DNA of 64,000 bases, from positions 544,001 to 608,000 of the forward strand of contig OY969767.1 in assembly GCA_963702895.1 (NCBI GenBank). Reading direction: 5' to 3'. Every line of letters starts with the position of its first letter. Position 1 is the first letter of the stretch. A program made the position numbers and the translations under genes. The DNA is from an uncultured Elusimicrobia bacterium (GTDB taxonomy: Bacteria > Elusimicrobiota > Elusimicrobia > 2-01-FULL-59-12). Shown here piece by piece: positions 42,249 to 59,093 of the stretch. Under the pieces are notes generated by a model. That model was not told the DNA's origin. It searched no databases and saw only the letters and a list, made by a program, of their open reading frames with translations.

Positions 42249-42356
42249 ACCGATTAAAAGTGACATTCGCTAGCTCCGTATCGATCATCCGTGCCCCTGC
42301 CATCAGGGAACGTATCGAGAGGGTTGGGGCTAGCGGATCGCTTTAGGAGGATCAGC

Positions 42357-45300
42357 TTGGAAAAGGTATCTTTTTCGCGAATCCCGTCTATTATTCCACT
42401 GCCAGAGCTGCTCGACATGCAGAAGAAGTCCATGGCGGAGTTCCTGCAGATCACTATACCCGCCGAAAAGCGGAAAATCTTAGGTCTTCAGGCCGCGTTT
42501 ATGGATGTCTTCCCCGTCAGCAACAATGACGAGAGCCTGACCATCGAGTTTGTGTCCTATGAGCTCGGGGAATCGCGCTATACCGTGGATGAAGCGCTCG
42601 CCAAAGATGCCATTTATTCCGCGCCTCTTAAGGCCACCTTCCGTATTCTCCATCGTGAAGAAAACGGCAAAGTGAAGCAAATCGCCGAGCAAGACGTTTA
42701 TATCTGCGATATTCCCTTGATGACAGAAAACGCGACCTTTGTCATCAACGGCGCGGAGCGTGTGGTGGTCAGCCAACTGCACCGCTCGCCCGGCGTGATC
42801 TTTGAAGAAGACGAAGAAAAGAAGATCTCCTCGTACGGAAAGAACCTCTATTTCGCGCGCATGATTCCGTACCGCGGCGCGTGGGTGGAGTTTGAATACG
42901 ATCTCAACAATACCCTCTTTGTCCGTCTGGATAAGCACAAAAAGCTTCCTGCCACGGTCCTTCTGCGGGCGCTGGGTCTTGAGTCCGACATGGACATCCT
43001 CCGAGTGTTCTACGACATGGAAACCCTGAGCGTGGACAGTCATGAGGAGAAACTCGTCGGCCGCGTTCTGGGAGCCGACGTGGTCCTGAAGACCACCGGT
43101 GAAGTGCTCTTTGAGGCCAATCGCGACATCTCCCGCGAAATGCTTGCGCAGATGCGCGCCAAAAAGGTCGGCGAAATATCCGTCCTCCTTCTTGACCCCA
43201 CCATTAATGATGTGACCATCCGCAACACCCTCGCCAAAGACAATATCCGCAGCCGAAAAGACGCGATCAACATGATTTACCGGGTCTTGCGCGCGCAGGA
43301 ATTCATCGCGGCCGATCAAGCGGAAAGCTATCTCGACAACCTCCTTTTTAAGTCGATTCGCAAGTATGATCTCACGCGCGTCGGCCGCTACAAGCTGAAC
43401 AAGAAACTGGCGCCCCTGGCGGAATGGATCGCCCATCGTCCCGGTTTCAAGTTCGAAGTCCCCAACGATCGCCGGCGGACGCTGACCCTCGAGGACATCC
43501 TCTGCACCATCAAGTATCTCATCCTCCTGAATAACGACATGAACGAGATCGTGGTGGGCAAAGAGACCTTCCCGATCGAGATGGATGATATCGATCATCT
43601 GGGCAACCGCCGCGTGCGCGGGATCGGCGAGCTCCTCGAGAACCAGATCCGAATTGGTCTTTCCCAGATGGCGAGGATCGTTCGTGAGCGCATGAACATT
43701 CAGGACAAGGCGACCCTGGCACCACGCGCCATCATGAATGCAGCGCCCGTGGTCGCCATCGTTCGTAAGTTTTTCGGAAGTTCTCAGCTGTCCCAATTTA
43801 TGGACCAGACCAACCCCCTGGCGGAGCTCACGCATAAGCGACGGCTTTCTGCTCTGGGTCCGGGCGGCCTTCATCGAAAGCGCGCTGGCTTTGAGGTCCG
43901 TGACGTCCACCATACCCACTATGGCCGCGTATGCCCTATTGAGACACCGGAAGGTCCGAATATCGGCCTGATCTCGTCGCTCGCCTGCTATGCGCGCGTC
44001 AACGAGTATGGCCTGATCGAATCGCCCTATCGCAAAGCGTCTCATGGCCGGGTGACCGATGAAGTGGAGTATCTGACGGCGGATGTTGAAAATGATCTCG
44101 TGGTCGCGCAAGCGAATGCCCCTATCGACAAATCAGGCAGATTCCAGATCCCGCGCATTCTCTGTCGTTATCGTGGCGACTTTAAGGAATTCGCCGTTGA
44201 AGAAATTGACTATATGGACATTTCGCCCATGCAGGTGGTTTCTGTCTCCACAGCGCTTATTCCGTTCCTGGAGCATGATGACGCCAATCGGGCCCTCATG
44301 GGCTCGAACATGCAGCGCCAGGCGGTCCCGCTCCTCATTGCGGACCCCGCCTATGTGGGCACGGGAATTGAAGATCGCGTCGCACGCGACTCCGGTGCTG
44401 CCATTACGGCCAAGCGCGCAGGACAAGTGGTGGGCATGAGCGCGGATGAAATCGCCGTCTACTCCGAAGACCCCCTGCCCCAGGGAGAGTCCGCCAAAGG
44501 GGACTCCCCGATCGACATCTATCGCTTAAAGAAATACCTCCGGTCCAACCAAGACACGACGGTCAACCAGGTCCCCCTGGCTCGCAAGGGCCAGAAAGTC
44601 CGCAAGGGGGACGTGCTGGCGGATGGCCCTTCCACAAGCGGTGGTGAGCTGGCTTTAGGCCGCAATCTCTTGGTCGCCTTCATGCCGTGGGAAGGCTATA
44701 ACTTTGAAGACGCCATCATTCTTTCCGATCGCATCGTTCGCGATGACCTTTTGACCTCGATTCACATTCACGAATTCCAGATGGAAGCCCGCGATACCAA
44801 AATGGGCGCCGAGGAAATCACCCGTGACATCCCCAACGTCGGGGCGGATTCCCTCATTAATCTCGACGAGGCCGGTATTGTCCGGCCAGGAGCCGAGGTC
44901 GTGCCTGGCGACATTCTGGTCGGAAAAGTAGCGCCCAAGGGGGAGCAGCAGGTCACGCCGGAAGAGCGCCTCCTGAAGGTGATCTTTGGCAAAAAGGCCG
45001 AAGACACGATGGACTCTTCCCTTCGCGTGCCTCCGGGCGTCAGCGGCAAAGTGATCTCCGTTCGTGTGTTTGTCCGCCGGGAGAAGCTCGCTGCCAAGGA
45101 AGAAAATCGCCGCAATAGGGAGATCGATGCACGCTATGAGCAATTGATTGAGGAAGTTCGTGAAGATCGCAAGCTCCGATTTGCGGATGTGGATGAGCTC
45201 TCTGAGAAGAAGAAGCTCACCTCACACGAAGCAGAACAGGAGAAGGACAAGATCAAGTCCTATATCCAACGCAAGGAACAGCAGCTCCGCCTTGAGATGG

Positions 45301-46190
45301 CGCGTGAGAAGGAATCCTTGCGTTTAGGGGACGAACTTCCCGTGACCGTGAATAAGATTGTGAAGGTTTATATTGCCGCCAAGCGTAAGGTTCAGGTGGG
45401 GGACAAGCTTGCCGGCCGTCATGGCAATAAAGGGGTCGTCTCGCGCATCGTCCCTCAGGAAGATATGCCCTACCTGCCCGATGGCCGCCCGGTGGATGTG
45501 GTGCTTTCACCACTGGGCGTGCCCTCCCGTATGAACGTGGGGCAGCTTCTGGAAACCATGTTGGGTTGGGCGGGCATGCAGCTGGGCATGCAGATGAATT
45601 CTTCTGTTTTCGATGGCGCCAAGGAAGAACAGGTTGTGGAGATGGTTCGCAAAGCCAAGGAGAAACTCCTCAAAGACGGCGTGCCGGAAGAGTTTCTGCC
45701 ATCCGATTACTGCAAGTTCACGCTCTATGACGGGCGGACGGGCGAAGCGTTTGATGAAAAGATCACGGTCGGCAATATGTACATGATTAAACTGGCCCAC
45801 CTGGTCGAAGACAAGATCCACGCCCGCTCCACCGGGCCCTACTCCTTGATCACGCGCCAGCCGCTCGGCGGCAAGGCACAATTCGGCGGGCAGCGGTTTG
45901 GCGAAATGGAAGTGTGGGCCATTGAGGCTTATGGCGCGGCCCATTGTCTCCAAGAATTCCTGACCGTCAAATCCGATGATGTGGCCGGCCGCGCCAAGAT
46001 GTACGAGTCCATCATCAAAGGTGAAACATTCTCCGAACCCGGCGTGCCGGAATCCTTTAAGGTGCTCGCGCGCGAGCTGCGTGCCCTCGGCTTAAATATC
46101 GAACTCGTCCGGGCCGAGCGCGGCAAAAATGGCTCGGGTCCTAAGTCCAGTGGAAAATCATCTGAAGCCGTAGCGGCGAAGGAGGCCTAA
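42357..46190 (+). CDS. rpoB: RNA polymerase beta subunit (TTG start after AGGAGG)
   Basis: SQFMDQ.NPL, GDKLAGRHGNKG, GGQRFGEME. Confidence 0.98.
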   Translation: MEKVSFSRIPSIIPLPELLDMQKKSMAEFLQITIPAEKRKILGLQAAFMDVFPVSNNDESLTIEFVSYELGESRYTVDEALAKDAIYSAPLKATFRILHREENGKVKQIAEQDVYICDIPLMTENATFVINGAERVVVSQLHRSPGVIFEEDEEKKISSYGKNLYFARMIPYRGAWVEFEYDLNNTLFVRLDKHKKLPATVLLRALGLESDMDILRVFYDMETLSVDSHEEKLVGRVLGADVVLKTTGEVLFEANRDISREMLAQMRAKKVGEISVLLLDPTINDVTIRNTLAKDNIRSRKDAINMIYRVLRAQEFIAADQAESYLDNLLFKSIRKYDLTRVGRYKLNKKLAPLAEWIAHRPGFKFEVPNDRRRTLTLEDILCTIKYLILLNNDMNEIVVGKETFPIEMDDIDHLGNRRVRGIGELLENQIRIGLSQMARIVRERMNIQDKATLAPRAIMNAAPVVAIVRKFFGSSQLSQFMDQTNPLAELTHKRRLSALGPGGLHRKRAGFEVRDVHHTHYGRVCPIETPEGPNIGLISSLACYARVNEYGLIESPYRKASHGRVTDEVEYLTADVENDLVVAQANAPIDKSGRFQIPRILCRYRGDFKEFAVEEIDYMDISPMQVVSVSTALIPFLEHDDANRALMGSNMQRQAVPLLIADPAYVGTGIEDRVARDSGAAITAKRAGQVVGMSADEIAVYSEDPLPQGESAKGDSPIDIYRLKKYLRSNQDTTVNQVPLARKGQKVRKGDVLADGPSTSGGELALGRNLLVAFMPWEGYNFEDAIILSDRIVRDDLLTSIHIHEFQMEARDTKMGAEEITRDIPNVGADSLINLDEAGIVRPGAEVVPGDILVGKVAPKGEQQVTPEERLLKVIFGKKAEDTMDSSLRVPPGVSGKVISVRVFVRREKLAAKEENRRNREIDARYEQLIEEVREDRKLRFADVDELSEKKKLTSHEAEQEKDKIKSYIQRKEQQLRLEMAREKESLRLGDELPVTVNKIVKVYIAAKRKVQVGDKLAGRHGNKGVVSRIVPQEDMPYLPDGRPVDVVLSPLGVPSRMNVGQLLETMLGWAGMQLGMQMNSSVFDGAKEEQVVEMVRKAKEKLLKDGVPEEFLPSDYCKFTLYDGRTGEAFDEKITVGNMYMIKLAHLVEDKIHARSTGPYSLITRQPLGGKAQFGGQRFGEMEVWAIEAYGAAHCLQEFLTVKSDDVAGRAKMYESIIKGETFSEPGVPESFKVLARELRALGLNIELVRAERGKNGSGPKSSGKSSEAVAAKEA

Positions 46191-50339
<4,149 letters not shown>

Positions 50340-50340
50340 G

Positions 50341-50718
50341 ATGCCAACAGTCAATCAGCTTGTACGCGACGGCCGAAGCCCGCTCTCCATGAAGACGAAA
50401 GCCCCTGCGCTCTCTGGCTGCCCACAGCGGCGCGGGGTGTGCACGCGGGTGTATACCACCACACCCAAGAAGCCGAACTCGGCGCTTCGTAAAGTGGCGC
50501 GCGTGAAATTGACGTCCGGTTTTGAAGTGACATCGTATATCCCGGGCGTCGGCCACAATCTCCAAGAGCACTCGATTGTCTTGGTGAGGGGCGGCCGCGT
50601 GAAAGATTTGCCTGGTGTGCGCTATCACATCGTACGAGGAACACTCGACGCGACCGGGGTGCAGGACAGGAAGCAGGGGCGTTCTAAATATGGCGCCAAG
50701 AGACCCAAGGTCAAGTAG
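50341..50718 (+). CDS. rpsL: 30S ribosomal protein S12
   Basis: [20 protein letters not shown]. Confidence 0.98.
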   Translation: MPTVNQLVRDGRSPLSMKTKAPALSGCPQRRGVCTRVYTTTPKKPNSALRKVARVKLTSGFEVTSYIPGVGHNLQEHSIVLVRGGRVKDLPGVRYHIVRGTLDATGVQDRKQGRSKYGAKRPKVK

Positions 50719-50732
50719 CGAAGGAGAACAAT

Positions 50733-51212
50733 GTGCCTAGAAAAGCTCTAAAGCCACGAGAAAAAAGAGGATTGCCGGACCCGCACTTCAAGTATGGGTC
50801 CGTGCTGGTCGCGCGGTTAATCAACCGCATCAACTTTTCAGGGAAGAAAAGCATGGCGGAACGGATCGTGGAGAACGCCTTCAACAGGATTCAGGAAAAG
50901 ACCAAAGAAGACCCCATGGCGGTCTTTAACCGGGCGATGGAAAACGCCAAGCCGCTCGTCGAGGTGAAGCCCCGCCGTGTGGGCGGCGCCACTTACCAGG
51001 TGCCGGTCCAGGTGCGTCCCGAGCGCGGGACGGCCTTGGCCATGCGCTGGGTCATCCACTTTGCGCGTGAAAAATCAGGGAAGCCGTTCGCAGACCGCCT
51101 TGCCGAAGAAATCTTAGCCGCCAGCCGCAAAGAAGGCTCGGCCATCAAAAAGAGGGAAGACACCCACCGAATGGCAGACGCGAACAAAGCGTTTGCCCAT
51201 TATCGCTGGTAA
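50733..51212 (+). CDS. rpsG: 30S ribosomal protein S7
   Basis: [19 protein letters not shown]. Confidence 0.97.
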   Translation: MPRKALKPREKRGLPDPHFKYGSVLVARLINRINFSGKKSMAERIVENAFNRIQEKTKEDPMAVFNRAMENAKPLVEVKPRRVGGATYQVPVQVRPERGTALAMRWVIHFAREKSGKPFADRLAEEILAASRKEGSAIKKREDTHRMADANKAFAHYRW

Positions 51213-51222
51213 TTCAGAGACT

Positions 51223-53343
51223 ATGCCGAGACAATTTCCACTCGAGCGGATTCGTAATATTGGCATCTGTGCGCATATTGATGCGGGCAAGACGACCACC
51301 ACCGAGCGCATCCTTTTCTACACCGGCCGCATTTACAAAATCGGCGAGGTCCATGAAGGCACGACGACCACGGACTGGATGGAGCAAGAGCGCGAACGCG
51401 GTATTACGATCACCGCGGCGGCGACGTACTGCACCTGGAAGAGCCCGGACGGTGTCGAGCGCCAGATCAATATTATTGACACGCCCGGTCACGTTGATTT
51501 CACCATGGAGGTGGAGCGCTCGTTGCGCGTTCTCGATGGCGCGGTCGTGGTCTTTGACGCCGGTAACGGTGTCGAGCCGCAGTCCGAGACCGTGTGGCGC
51601 CAGGCGGAGCGTTATCATGTTCCGCGCATCGCGTTCATTAACAAGATGGACAAAGTGGGCGCGGACTTTGACATGTGTGTGACCTCGATGCACGAGAAAC
51701 TCGCTGCCAACGCGGTCCCGCTTCAGCTGCCTATTGGCGCTGAGGATAAATTTATTGGGGTGGTCGACCTGGTGCACATGAAGGCTTTCGTGTGGAATTC
51801 CGACAAGCTGGGCACCAAGTATGAGACGATGGATATTCCCGAAGATTTGAAAGAGAAGGCGCAGAAGGCCCATGCTCATCTCGTCGAAAAAGTCGCCGAT
51901 TTTGATGATCACCTGATGGAAAAATATCTTGAGGCAAAGCCCATCAGTGAAAAAGAGCTCATCGCGGGCATTCGTAAGGCGATCGTGACCGGAAAGTTTT
52001 TTGGTGTCATGTGCGGATCGGCCTACAAGAACAAGGGTGTCCAGCCGCTGCTTGATGCTGTCTGTTTCTACCTCCCTGCTCCCAACGACATCCCTGCGGT
52101 CAAAGGCCATGACCCTGTCTCGAGTGAAGAGATGTCCCGTGAAGTCAAAGATGAAGCGCCTTTTTCAGCACTCGCATTCAAGATCCAGGTCGACCCCCGC
52201 GCGGGCGGCCGGAGGCTGACCTATTTCCGTGTCTATTCCGGCACCCTCCAAGCCGGCAGTTACGTCACCAACACCTCCAGAAACTCCGAAGAGCGCATCA
52301 GCCAGATTCTCCGTATGCACGCGGACAAATCGGAAGATGTCAAGGAAGTCTATGCGGGCGACATTGCCGCGGTGGTGGGCCTCAAAAATACGACGACGGG
52401 CAACACGCTTTGCGATCCGGACAAATCCATTGTGCTGGAATCCATGCATTTTCCTGAACCGGTGATCGCGGTGGCCATTGAGCCCAAGTCCAAGGCGGAC
52501 GAAGAACGTCTGGGAATTGCGCTCAATCGTCTGGCCGAAGAAGACCCGACTTTCCGCGTGCGCACCGATGAGGAGACCTCTCAAACCATCATCTCGGGCA
52601 TGGGCGAATTGCATTTGGAAATTCTTGTGGACCGCATGAAACGCGAGTTTAACGTCCAAGCCAATGTGGGCCGTCCTCAGGTGGCCTACCGCGAAACGAT
52701 CCGCCAGAAGGTGGAATCGGAAGGTAAATACATTAAACAGACCGGCGGTCGTGGCCAATACGGTCACTGCTGGATTACGCTTGAGCCGATGGAAGCCGCC
52801 AAGGGCTTTGAGTTTGTCGACGCGATTAAGGGCGGCCGTATTCCGCGCGAATATATTCCGGCGGTGCAAAAAGGCATTGTGGAGGCGATGGAAAGCGGCG
52901 TACTTGCCGGATACCCCGTTGTTGATGTAAAATGCACCGTTTTCGATGGGTCCTACCACGATGTAGACTCCTCTGAAATGGCGTTCAAGATAGCCGGTTC
53001 CATGGCCTTCAAAGATGGCGCAAAGAAGGCAAAACCCGTGCTTCTCGAGCCGGTCATGAAGTTTGAAGTCATCACCCCCGAAGATTATATGGGTACGATC
53101 ATCGGGGACTTAAATTCTCGACGCGCTCAGGTCAATGAGAATGAGCAGCGAGGGAATGCCCGTGTTATCCGCGGCGTTGTGCCGCTGGCGGAGATGTTCG
53201 GCTATGCCACGACGGTGCGCTCGCTGAGCCAGGGACGGGCGTCTTTCAATTTGGAACCAAGCCACTACGCGGAAGTGCCGCGTAATGTGGCCGAAGAAAT
53301 CATCTCGAAGCACAGCACAACGGGCACCGGAGCAGCAAGGTAA
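51223..53343 (+). CDS. fusA: Elongation factor G
   Basis: [25 protein letters not shown]. Confidence 0.98.
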   Translation: MPRQFPLERIRNIGICAHIDAGKTTTTERILFYTGRIYKIGEVHEGTTTTDWMEQERERGITITAAATYCTWKSPDGVERQINIIDTPGHVDFTMEVERSLRVLDGAVVVFDAGNGVEPQSETVWRQAERYHVPRIAFINKMDKVGADFDMCVTSMHEKLAANAVPLQLPIGAEDKFIGVVDLVHMKAFVWNSDKLGTKYETMDIPEDLKEKAQKAHAHLVEKVADFDDHLMEKYLEAKPISEKELIAGIRKAIVTGKFFGVMCGSAYKNKGVQPLLDAVCFYLPAPNDIPAVKGHDPVSSEEMSREVKDEAPFSALAFKIQVDPRAGGRRLTYFRVYSGTLQAGSYVTNTSRNSEERISQILRMHADKSEDVKEVYAGDIAAVVGLKNTTTGNTLCDPDKSIVLESMHFPEPVIAVAIEPKSKADEERLGIALNRLAEEDPTFRVRTDEETSQTIISGMGELHLEILVDRMKREFNVQANVGRPQVAYRETIRQKVESEGKYIKQTGGRGQYGHCWITLEPMEAAKGFEFVDAIKGGRIPREYIPAVQKGIVEAMESGVLAGYPVVDVKCTVFDGSYHDVDSSEMAFKIAGSMAFKDGAKKAKPVLLEPVMKFEVITPEDYMGTIIGDLNSRRAQVNENEQRGNARVIRGVVPLAEMFGYATTVRSLSQGRASFNLEPSHYAEVPRNVAEEIISKHSTTGTGAAR

Positions 53344-53365
53344 AAACGTAGAAGGGAGAACGAAC

Positions 53366-54562
<1,197 letters not shown>

Positions 54563-54566
54563 CATA

Positions 54567-54669
54567 AGTTTCTAGTTTCTGGTTCCTCGTTCCTGGTTCA
54601 ATGCGAATGGCGCAAAGACAGGGAACTGGGCATTTAAAACCAGGAACTAGGAACTAGAAACCAGGAACT
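54567..54669. repeat. Heptamer inverted-repeat element (GTTCCT/AGGAAC family)
   Basis: agtttct-agtttct-ggttcct-cgttcct ... aggaact-aggaact-agaaacc-aggaact. Confidence 0.85.
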
Positions 54670-54675
54670 AAATTT

Positions 54676-55014
54676 ATGGTTACAGCGGTCCAGCCCACTA
54701 AAGTGGTAGCGCCCAAAATCCGTATTCGGCTGCGGTCGTATGACCACCGCATGCTCGACGACTCGCTTATTAAGATTGTCGATGTCGTGAAGCGCACCGG
54801 TGCCGTGCTCGCTGGGCCTGTGCTTCTGCCTGTGCAGATCAAGCGCTACACCGTGCTGCGTTCTCCTCATACCGACAAGAAATCAAGAGAGCAGTTTGAG
54901 ATGCGCATCCATAAAAGGCTGATTGATATTTCAGAGCCCACCCCGAATACGGTTGAAGAGCTGATGAAATTGGACCTGCCGGCCGGTGTTGATGTGGAGA
55001 TCAAGTCTTCTTGA
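54676..55014 (+). CDS. rpsJ: 30S ribosomal protein S10
   Basis: KIRIRL..YDH, SPH..K.SREQFE. Confidence 0.97.
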   Translation: MVTAVQPTKVVAPKIRIRLRSYDHRMLDDSLIKIVDVVKRTGAVLAGPVLLPVQIKRYTVLRSPHTDKKSREQFEMRIHKRLIDISEPTPNTVEELMKLDLPAGVDVEIKSS

Positions 55015-55022
55015 GATAATTT

Positions 55023-55808
55023 ATGTCTGAGCCAGCAGCGACAACAGAACAGCCCAGCGCGGCGCACGTATCCTTGAAAGCCATTTTGGCTCAAAAGGTT
55101 GGGATGACGCGCATTTACGACGCGCACGGCAATATTGTCCCCGTCACCGTTTTACAGGCCGGGCCTTGCCCTATCACGCAAGTCATTACACCGGAAAAAG
55201 GCGGTTACGCCGCGATTCAGGTGGCTTTTGGTGAAGTCCGCGAGAAATCTGTGAACAAGCCTGCTGCTGGGATTTTTAAGAAAGCCAATGCGGCGCCGGC
55301 CAAGTGGCTGCGTGAGCTGCGCACCGACAAAGCCGCTACGTTTCAGGTGGGCCAAACCATTAAGGTTGATTCTTTTTCTGCGGGCGACTATGTGGATGTG
55401 ACCGGAATATCAAAAGGGAAAGGCTTTGCCGGAGCCATGAAACGTCATAATTTTAGTGGGGGCCCTTCCACCCATGGGCAGTCCGATCGGGCCCGCGCGC
55501 CGGGGTCCTCGGGTTCGAACACCTACCCCGGGCGGGTCTATAAAGGCAAGCGCATGCCCGGTCATTTGGGAGCGGAAAAAGTGACCGTCCAGCACCTGGA
55601 AGTCGTGCAGGTCCTTCCGGAAAGAGATTTGATCCTGATCAAGGGGGCAGTCCCCGGAGCCGTGAAATGTCTCTTGACCATCCAGGAAACAGTCAAACGC
55701 GTGAAAAAGCGTGTCCTTCACGCTCCGGAGCATGGCAAAAAAGAAAAGAAGAAAGAAGCCGCCAAAGCTGCGGCACCTGCCGCGGCCAAGCCGAAGGCGG
55801 CAAAATAA
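55023..55808 (+). CDS. rplC: 50S ribosomal protein L3
   Basis: [20 protein letters not shown]. Confidence 0.97.
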   Translation: MSEPAATTEQPSAAHVSLKAILAQKVGMTRIYDAHGNIVPVTVLQAGPCPITQVITPEKGGYAAIQVAFGEVREKSVNKPAAGIFKKANAAPAKWLRELRTDKAATFQVGQTIKVDSFSAGDYVDVTGISKGKGFAGAMKRHNFSGGPSTHGQSDRARAPGSSGSNTYPGRVYKGKRMPGHLGAEKVTVQHLEVVQVLPERDLILIKGAVPGAVKCLLTIQETVKRVKKRVLHAPEHGKKEKKKEAAKAAAPAAAKPKAAK

Positions 55809-56443
55809 TGGCCAATTTCGAAGCCACCCTTTACGCGCCGACGGGAGAGTCCAAAGGCAAGATCGCGCTCCCCGAATCGATTTTTGGCGCGCCGGGTTCA
55901 CGGCGCGTCCTCCACGATGTGATCGTGGGGCTGCAAGCCAATCAGCGTCGTGGCACCTCCGCGACCAAGACGCGAGGCTTGGTGTCGGGCGGCGGCCACA
56001 AGCCGTGGAAGCAGAAAGGCACCGGCAACGCCCGCTCGGGATCGATTCGTTCTCCGCTTTGGCGCAAGGGCGGCATTATTTTTGGGCCGCTTCCACGTTC
56101 TTATCGAACGGGTCTTGATCAGTCGAAACGATTGATCGCCTTGCAGACCGCACTTTTTGAGAAGGCGAGAGCCTCGGAGCTTGGCGTGATTGAGTCCATC
56201 AAGATAGACCAACCCAAGGCTCGCGAAGCGCAGGCGATTCTGACCAAGACGGGCTTGTCTGGAAAGACGCTGCTGATTGTGAGTCACAAAGACGACAAGG
56301 TGAGCCGGGCCTTTGCAAACCTTGCTGAGCTCAAGCTCCTGGATGTCGCAGAAGTCAACGCTTGGCAGCTCATGGCGGCTCGACAAGTGCTCCTGACGAA
56401 AGACGCGCTCGAGGGGCTCGAGAAGCGCTGGCCGAAAGGTTAG
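55808..56443 (+). CDS. rplD: 50S ribosomal protein L4
   Basis: KPWKQKGTGNAR.GS.RSP. Confidence 0.97.
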   Translation: MANFEATLYAPTGESKGKIALPESIFGAPGSRRVLHDVIVGLQANQRRGTSATKTRGLVSGGGHKPWKQKGTGNARSGSIRSPLWRKGGIIFGPLPRSYRTGLDQSKRLIALQTALFEKARASELGVIESIKIDQPKAREAQAILTKTGLSGKTLLIVSHKDDKVSRAFANLAELKLLDVAEVNAWQLMAARQVLLTKDALEGLEKRWPKG

Positions 56444-56444
56444 T

Positions 56445-56741
56445 ATGGACTCTCTTTACGCCATCGTCCAAAGGCCCTTGATCACGGAACGCGCCACGAA
56501 CTTGCGCGCGGAGGTCAATCAATATGTGTTCCGTGTGGCGACGGGTGCGACGAAAAGCGATATCAAGTCTGCGATTGAGCAGCTTTTCAAAGTCCAAGTG
56601 CTTTCGGTCAATACCATGCGTGTGCACGGGAAGTTTCGCCGAATGGGTGGCGGACGCGGCGCGCATCGAGCCGACTGGAAGAAAGCGATTGTGTCCTTGA
56701 AGAAGGGCCAGGAGATCAGGGTTGGGGAAGAGGCCAAATGA
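56445..56741 (+). CDS. rplW: 50S ribosomal protein L23
   Basis: PLITE, VNT, WKKAIV. Confidence 0.96.
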   Translation: MDSLYAIVQRPLITERATNLRAEVNQYVFRVATGATKSDIKSAIEQLFKVQVLSVNTMRVHGKFRRMGGGRGAHRADWKKAIVSLKKGQEIRVGEEAK

Positions 56742-56775
56742 TCCGTTCGACTCGCGCCAAGCGCCCGCTCAGGAT
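56742..56775. repeat. CC(G/C)TTCGACT..CGCTCAGG repeat
   Basis: ccgttcgact...cgctcagga; sister copy at 59508. Confidence 0.55.
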
Positions 56776-56796
56776 CATGGTGAGTGAAATTAAACT

Positions 56797-57636
56797 ATGA
56801 AAAGCTTCAATCCATACACACCGTCACGCCGCTTCATTACCGTTGAGGATTTTTCTCAGCTGACCAAGAAGGAGCCGGAAAAAAGTCTGACTCGTCCTTT
56901 GCGGAAGAAAGCGGGTCGTAACAATTTTGGACTCCTGGTCGTTCGACATCAGGGCGGCGGCCACAAGCGGTCCTATCGCGTCGTGGATTTCAAGCGCGAT
57001 AAAGTCGGCGTGCCTGGCAAGGTCGCAGCCCTGGAGTACGATCCCAACCGCAGCGCGCGGCTGGCGCTCATCCATTATGCGGACGGGGAAAAGCGTTACA
57101 TTTTGCAGCCTGAAGGGCTCAAAGTCGGCGACCCGGTGCAGTCAGGCCCGGAATCGGACATCCGGCTGGGCAACGCGCTGCCGCTGGACCGCATCCCAGA
57201 AGGCACCACGCTTCACAACATTGAGCTCATGCCTGGAACGGGCGCGAAGCTCGTTCGTTCCGCAGGCGCCTCGGCTCAACTCATGGCGAAAGAGGGACGA
57301 TTTGCGCAGGTGCGCATGCCTTCTGGAGAAATTCGACAGTTTTTTCGGGAGTGTATGGCAACCATTGGCCAGGTGGGCAATGTCGACCATGAAAACAGGA
57401 TTTTGGGCAATGCAGGGCGCAGCCGCCATTTGGGCATTCGCCCGGTCGTTCGCGGTACGGCCATGAACGCCGTGGACCATCCACATGGCGGCGGACGCGG
57501 CCGGTCGAAAGGGAATAATCAACCTCGCTCGCCTTGGAACCAGCCAGCGAAGGGTTATAAGACGCGCTCGAAGAAAATCTGGGATTGGATGATTCTGAAA
57601 CACCGGTCGAAGCAGCTTGTCGCGACCGGCGTCTAA
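56797..57636 (+). CDS. rplB: 50S ribosomal protein L2
   Basis: [19 protein letters not shown]. Confidence 0.98.
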   Translation: MKSFNPYTPSRRFITVEDFSQLTKKEPEKSLTRPLRKKAGRNNFGLLVVRHQGGGHKRSYRVVDFKRDKVGVPGKVAALEYDPNRSARLALIHYADGEKRYILQPEGLKVGDPVQSGPESDIRLGNALPLDRIPEGTTLHNIELMPGTGAKLVRSAGASAQLMAKEGRFAQVRMPSGEIRQFFRECMATIGQVGNVDHENRILGNAGRSRHLGIRPVVRGTAMNAVDHPHGGGRGRSKGNNQPRSPWNQPAKGYKTRSKKIWDWMILKHRSKQLVATGV

Positions 57637-57648
57637 CAAGAGGACATT

Positions 57649-57936
57649 ATGGGACGATCAACGAAAAAAGGCCCTTACGTCGACCAAAAACTTCTGAAGA
57701 AAGTTCAAGGCTTAAATAAGAATCGCGAGAAAAAGGTCCTCAAGACTTGGGCGCGCGCCTGCATGGTGACGCCTGAATTTGTCGGTCATACCTTCGCGGT
57801 TCATAACGGGAACAAATTTATCAACGTGTTTATCACGGAAGAAATGGTCGGGCACAGGCTGGGCGAAATGGCGCCCACGCGCTTCTTTAGGGGGCATGGC
57901 GCTGCCCACACCAAAGAAGCAACCGCCACAACCTAA
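57649..57936 (+). CDS. rpsS: 30S ribosomal protein S19
   Basis: [15 protein letters not shown]. Confidence 0.97.
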   Translation: MGRSTKKGPYVDQKLLKKVQGLNKNREKKVLKTWARACMVTPEFVGHTFAVHNGNKFINVFITEEMVGHRLGEMAPTRFFRGHGAAHTKEATATT

Positions 57937-57946
57937 GGATGCCTTG

Positions 57947-58300
57947 ATGCAAGCGATTGCCAGAGCGCGGTATGTACGAATTTCGCCCAGGAAGGTGGAT
58001 CAAATCCTGATGCTGGTGCGAGGCAAGTCGGTGGCCCGCGCCCTGGCCACGCTTCGCCTTGTGACCAAAGGGGCCAGACCCCTCGTGGAGAAAATCTTGA
58101 ACAGCGCCTTGGCCAACGCGGGCAGGCAGGCCAATGCCGAGGCGTGGCATGTGGCGCAGGCTTGGGTGGGCTATGGGCCCACCATGAAGCGCATGCGGGC
58201 GCACGCGATGGGACGTGGCGCCACCATTCGTCACCACAGCGCGCATGTGACGATCGTCTTGTCGGATGAGCGCCGCAAGTCAAAATCGGAGGCAAATTAG
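57947..58300 (+). CDS. rplV: 50S ribosomal protein L22
   Basis: RISPRK, GPTMKR, AMGR. Confidence 0.96.
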   Translation: MQAIARARYVRISPRKVDQILMLVRGKSVARALATLRLVTKGARPLVEKILNSALANAGRQANAEAWHVAQAWVGYGPTMKRMRAHAMGRGATIRHHSAHVTIVLSDERRKSKSEAN

Positions 58301-59091
58301 TGGGACAAAAAATTCATCCTCTCGGCCTACGTCTTGGGTACATCAAGGACTGGGATTCGAAGTGGTTCAATCTTCGCCAAATGCCCGATCTTCTCGAGGA
58401 AGACCGTCGCATACGGCACTATCTAAAATCCAAGCTCCAGGGGGCGGCGGTTTCCAAAGTCGTCATTGAGCGGGCCGGCAAGCACTTGCGCGTCAATATT
58501 CATACCGCGCGCCCAGGCATTGTGATCGGCAAAAAGGGCGCGGACATCGAGAATCTGCGCAAGGACATTGAGGCCATGACCGATCGTAAGGCGTTTGTCA
58601 ACGTCATGGAGATCAAGCGGCCTGAATTGGACGCTCATTTGGTTGCTGAAGGGATCGCGATGCAGCTCGAAAAGCAGGTGGGGTTCCGCCGGGCTATGAA
58701 AAAAGCAATTGAGCGCACGATGGCCGCTGGGGCCCTCGGGATTAAGGTGCGCGTGTCGGGTCGTTTGGGCGGCGCGGAAATCGCTCGTGTGGAGTGGATG
58801 AAAGAAGGACGCGTGCCGCTCCAGACCTTCCGGGCGGATATCGATTACGGTCTTTATGAAGCGCTCATCCCCATGGGCCGCATTGGTGTCAAGGTATGGA
58901 TTTTTAAGAAGGAACTCTTCAAGAAGACGCGTGAAGATCTGATGGAAGAGGTCAAACTCATTCCCAAAGAAGAGATTGAGAAAATTGCGCAGTCCGAAGT
59001 CGCCGTCCCTGTTCCGGCGGTTGAGCCTCTTGAGCCCGCGACGGCGGGGGAAGAAGACATCCTCCCTGAGGAAGAAGGGGAAGGCAAGTAA
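58300..59091 (+). CDS. rpsC: 30S ribosomal protein S3
   Basis: [22 protein letters not shown]. Confidence 0.97.
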   Translation: MGQKIHPLGLRLGYIKDWDSKWFNLRQMPDLLEEDRRIRHYLKSKLQGAAVSKVVIERAGKHLRVNIHTARPGIVIGKKGADIENLRKDIEAMTDRKAFVNVMEIKRPELDAHLVAEGIAMQLEKQVGFRRAMKKAIERTMAAGALGIKVRVSGRLGGAEIARVEWMKEGRVPLQTFRADIDYGLYEALIPMGRIGVKVWIFKKELFKKTREDLMEEVKLIPKEEIEKIAQSEVAVPVPAVEPLEPATAGEEDILPEEEGEGK

Positions 59092-59093
59092 CC

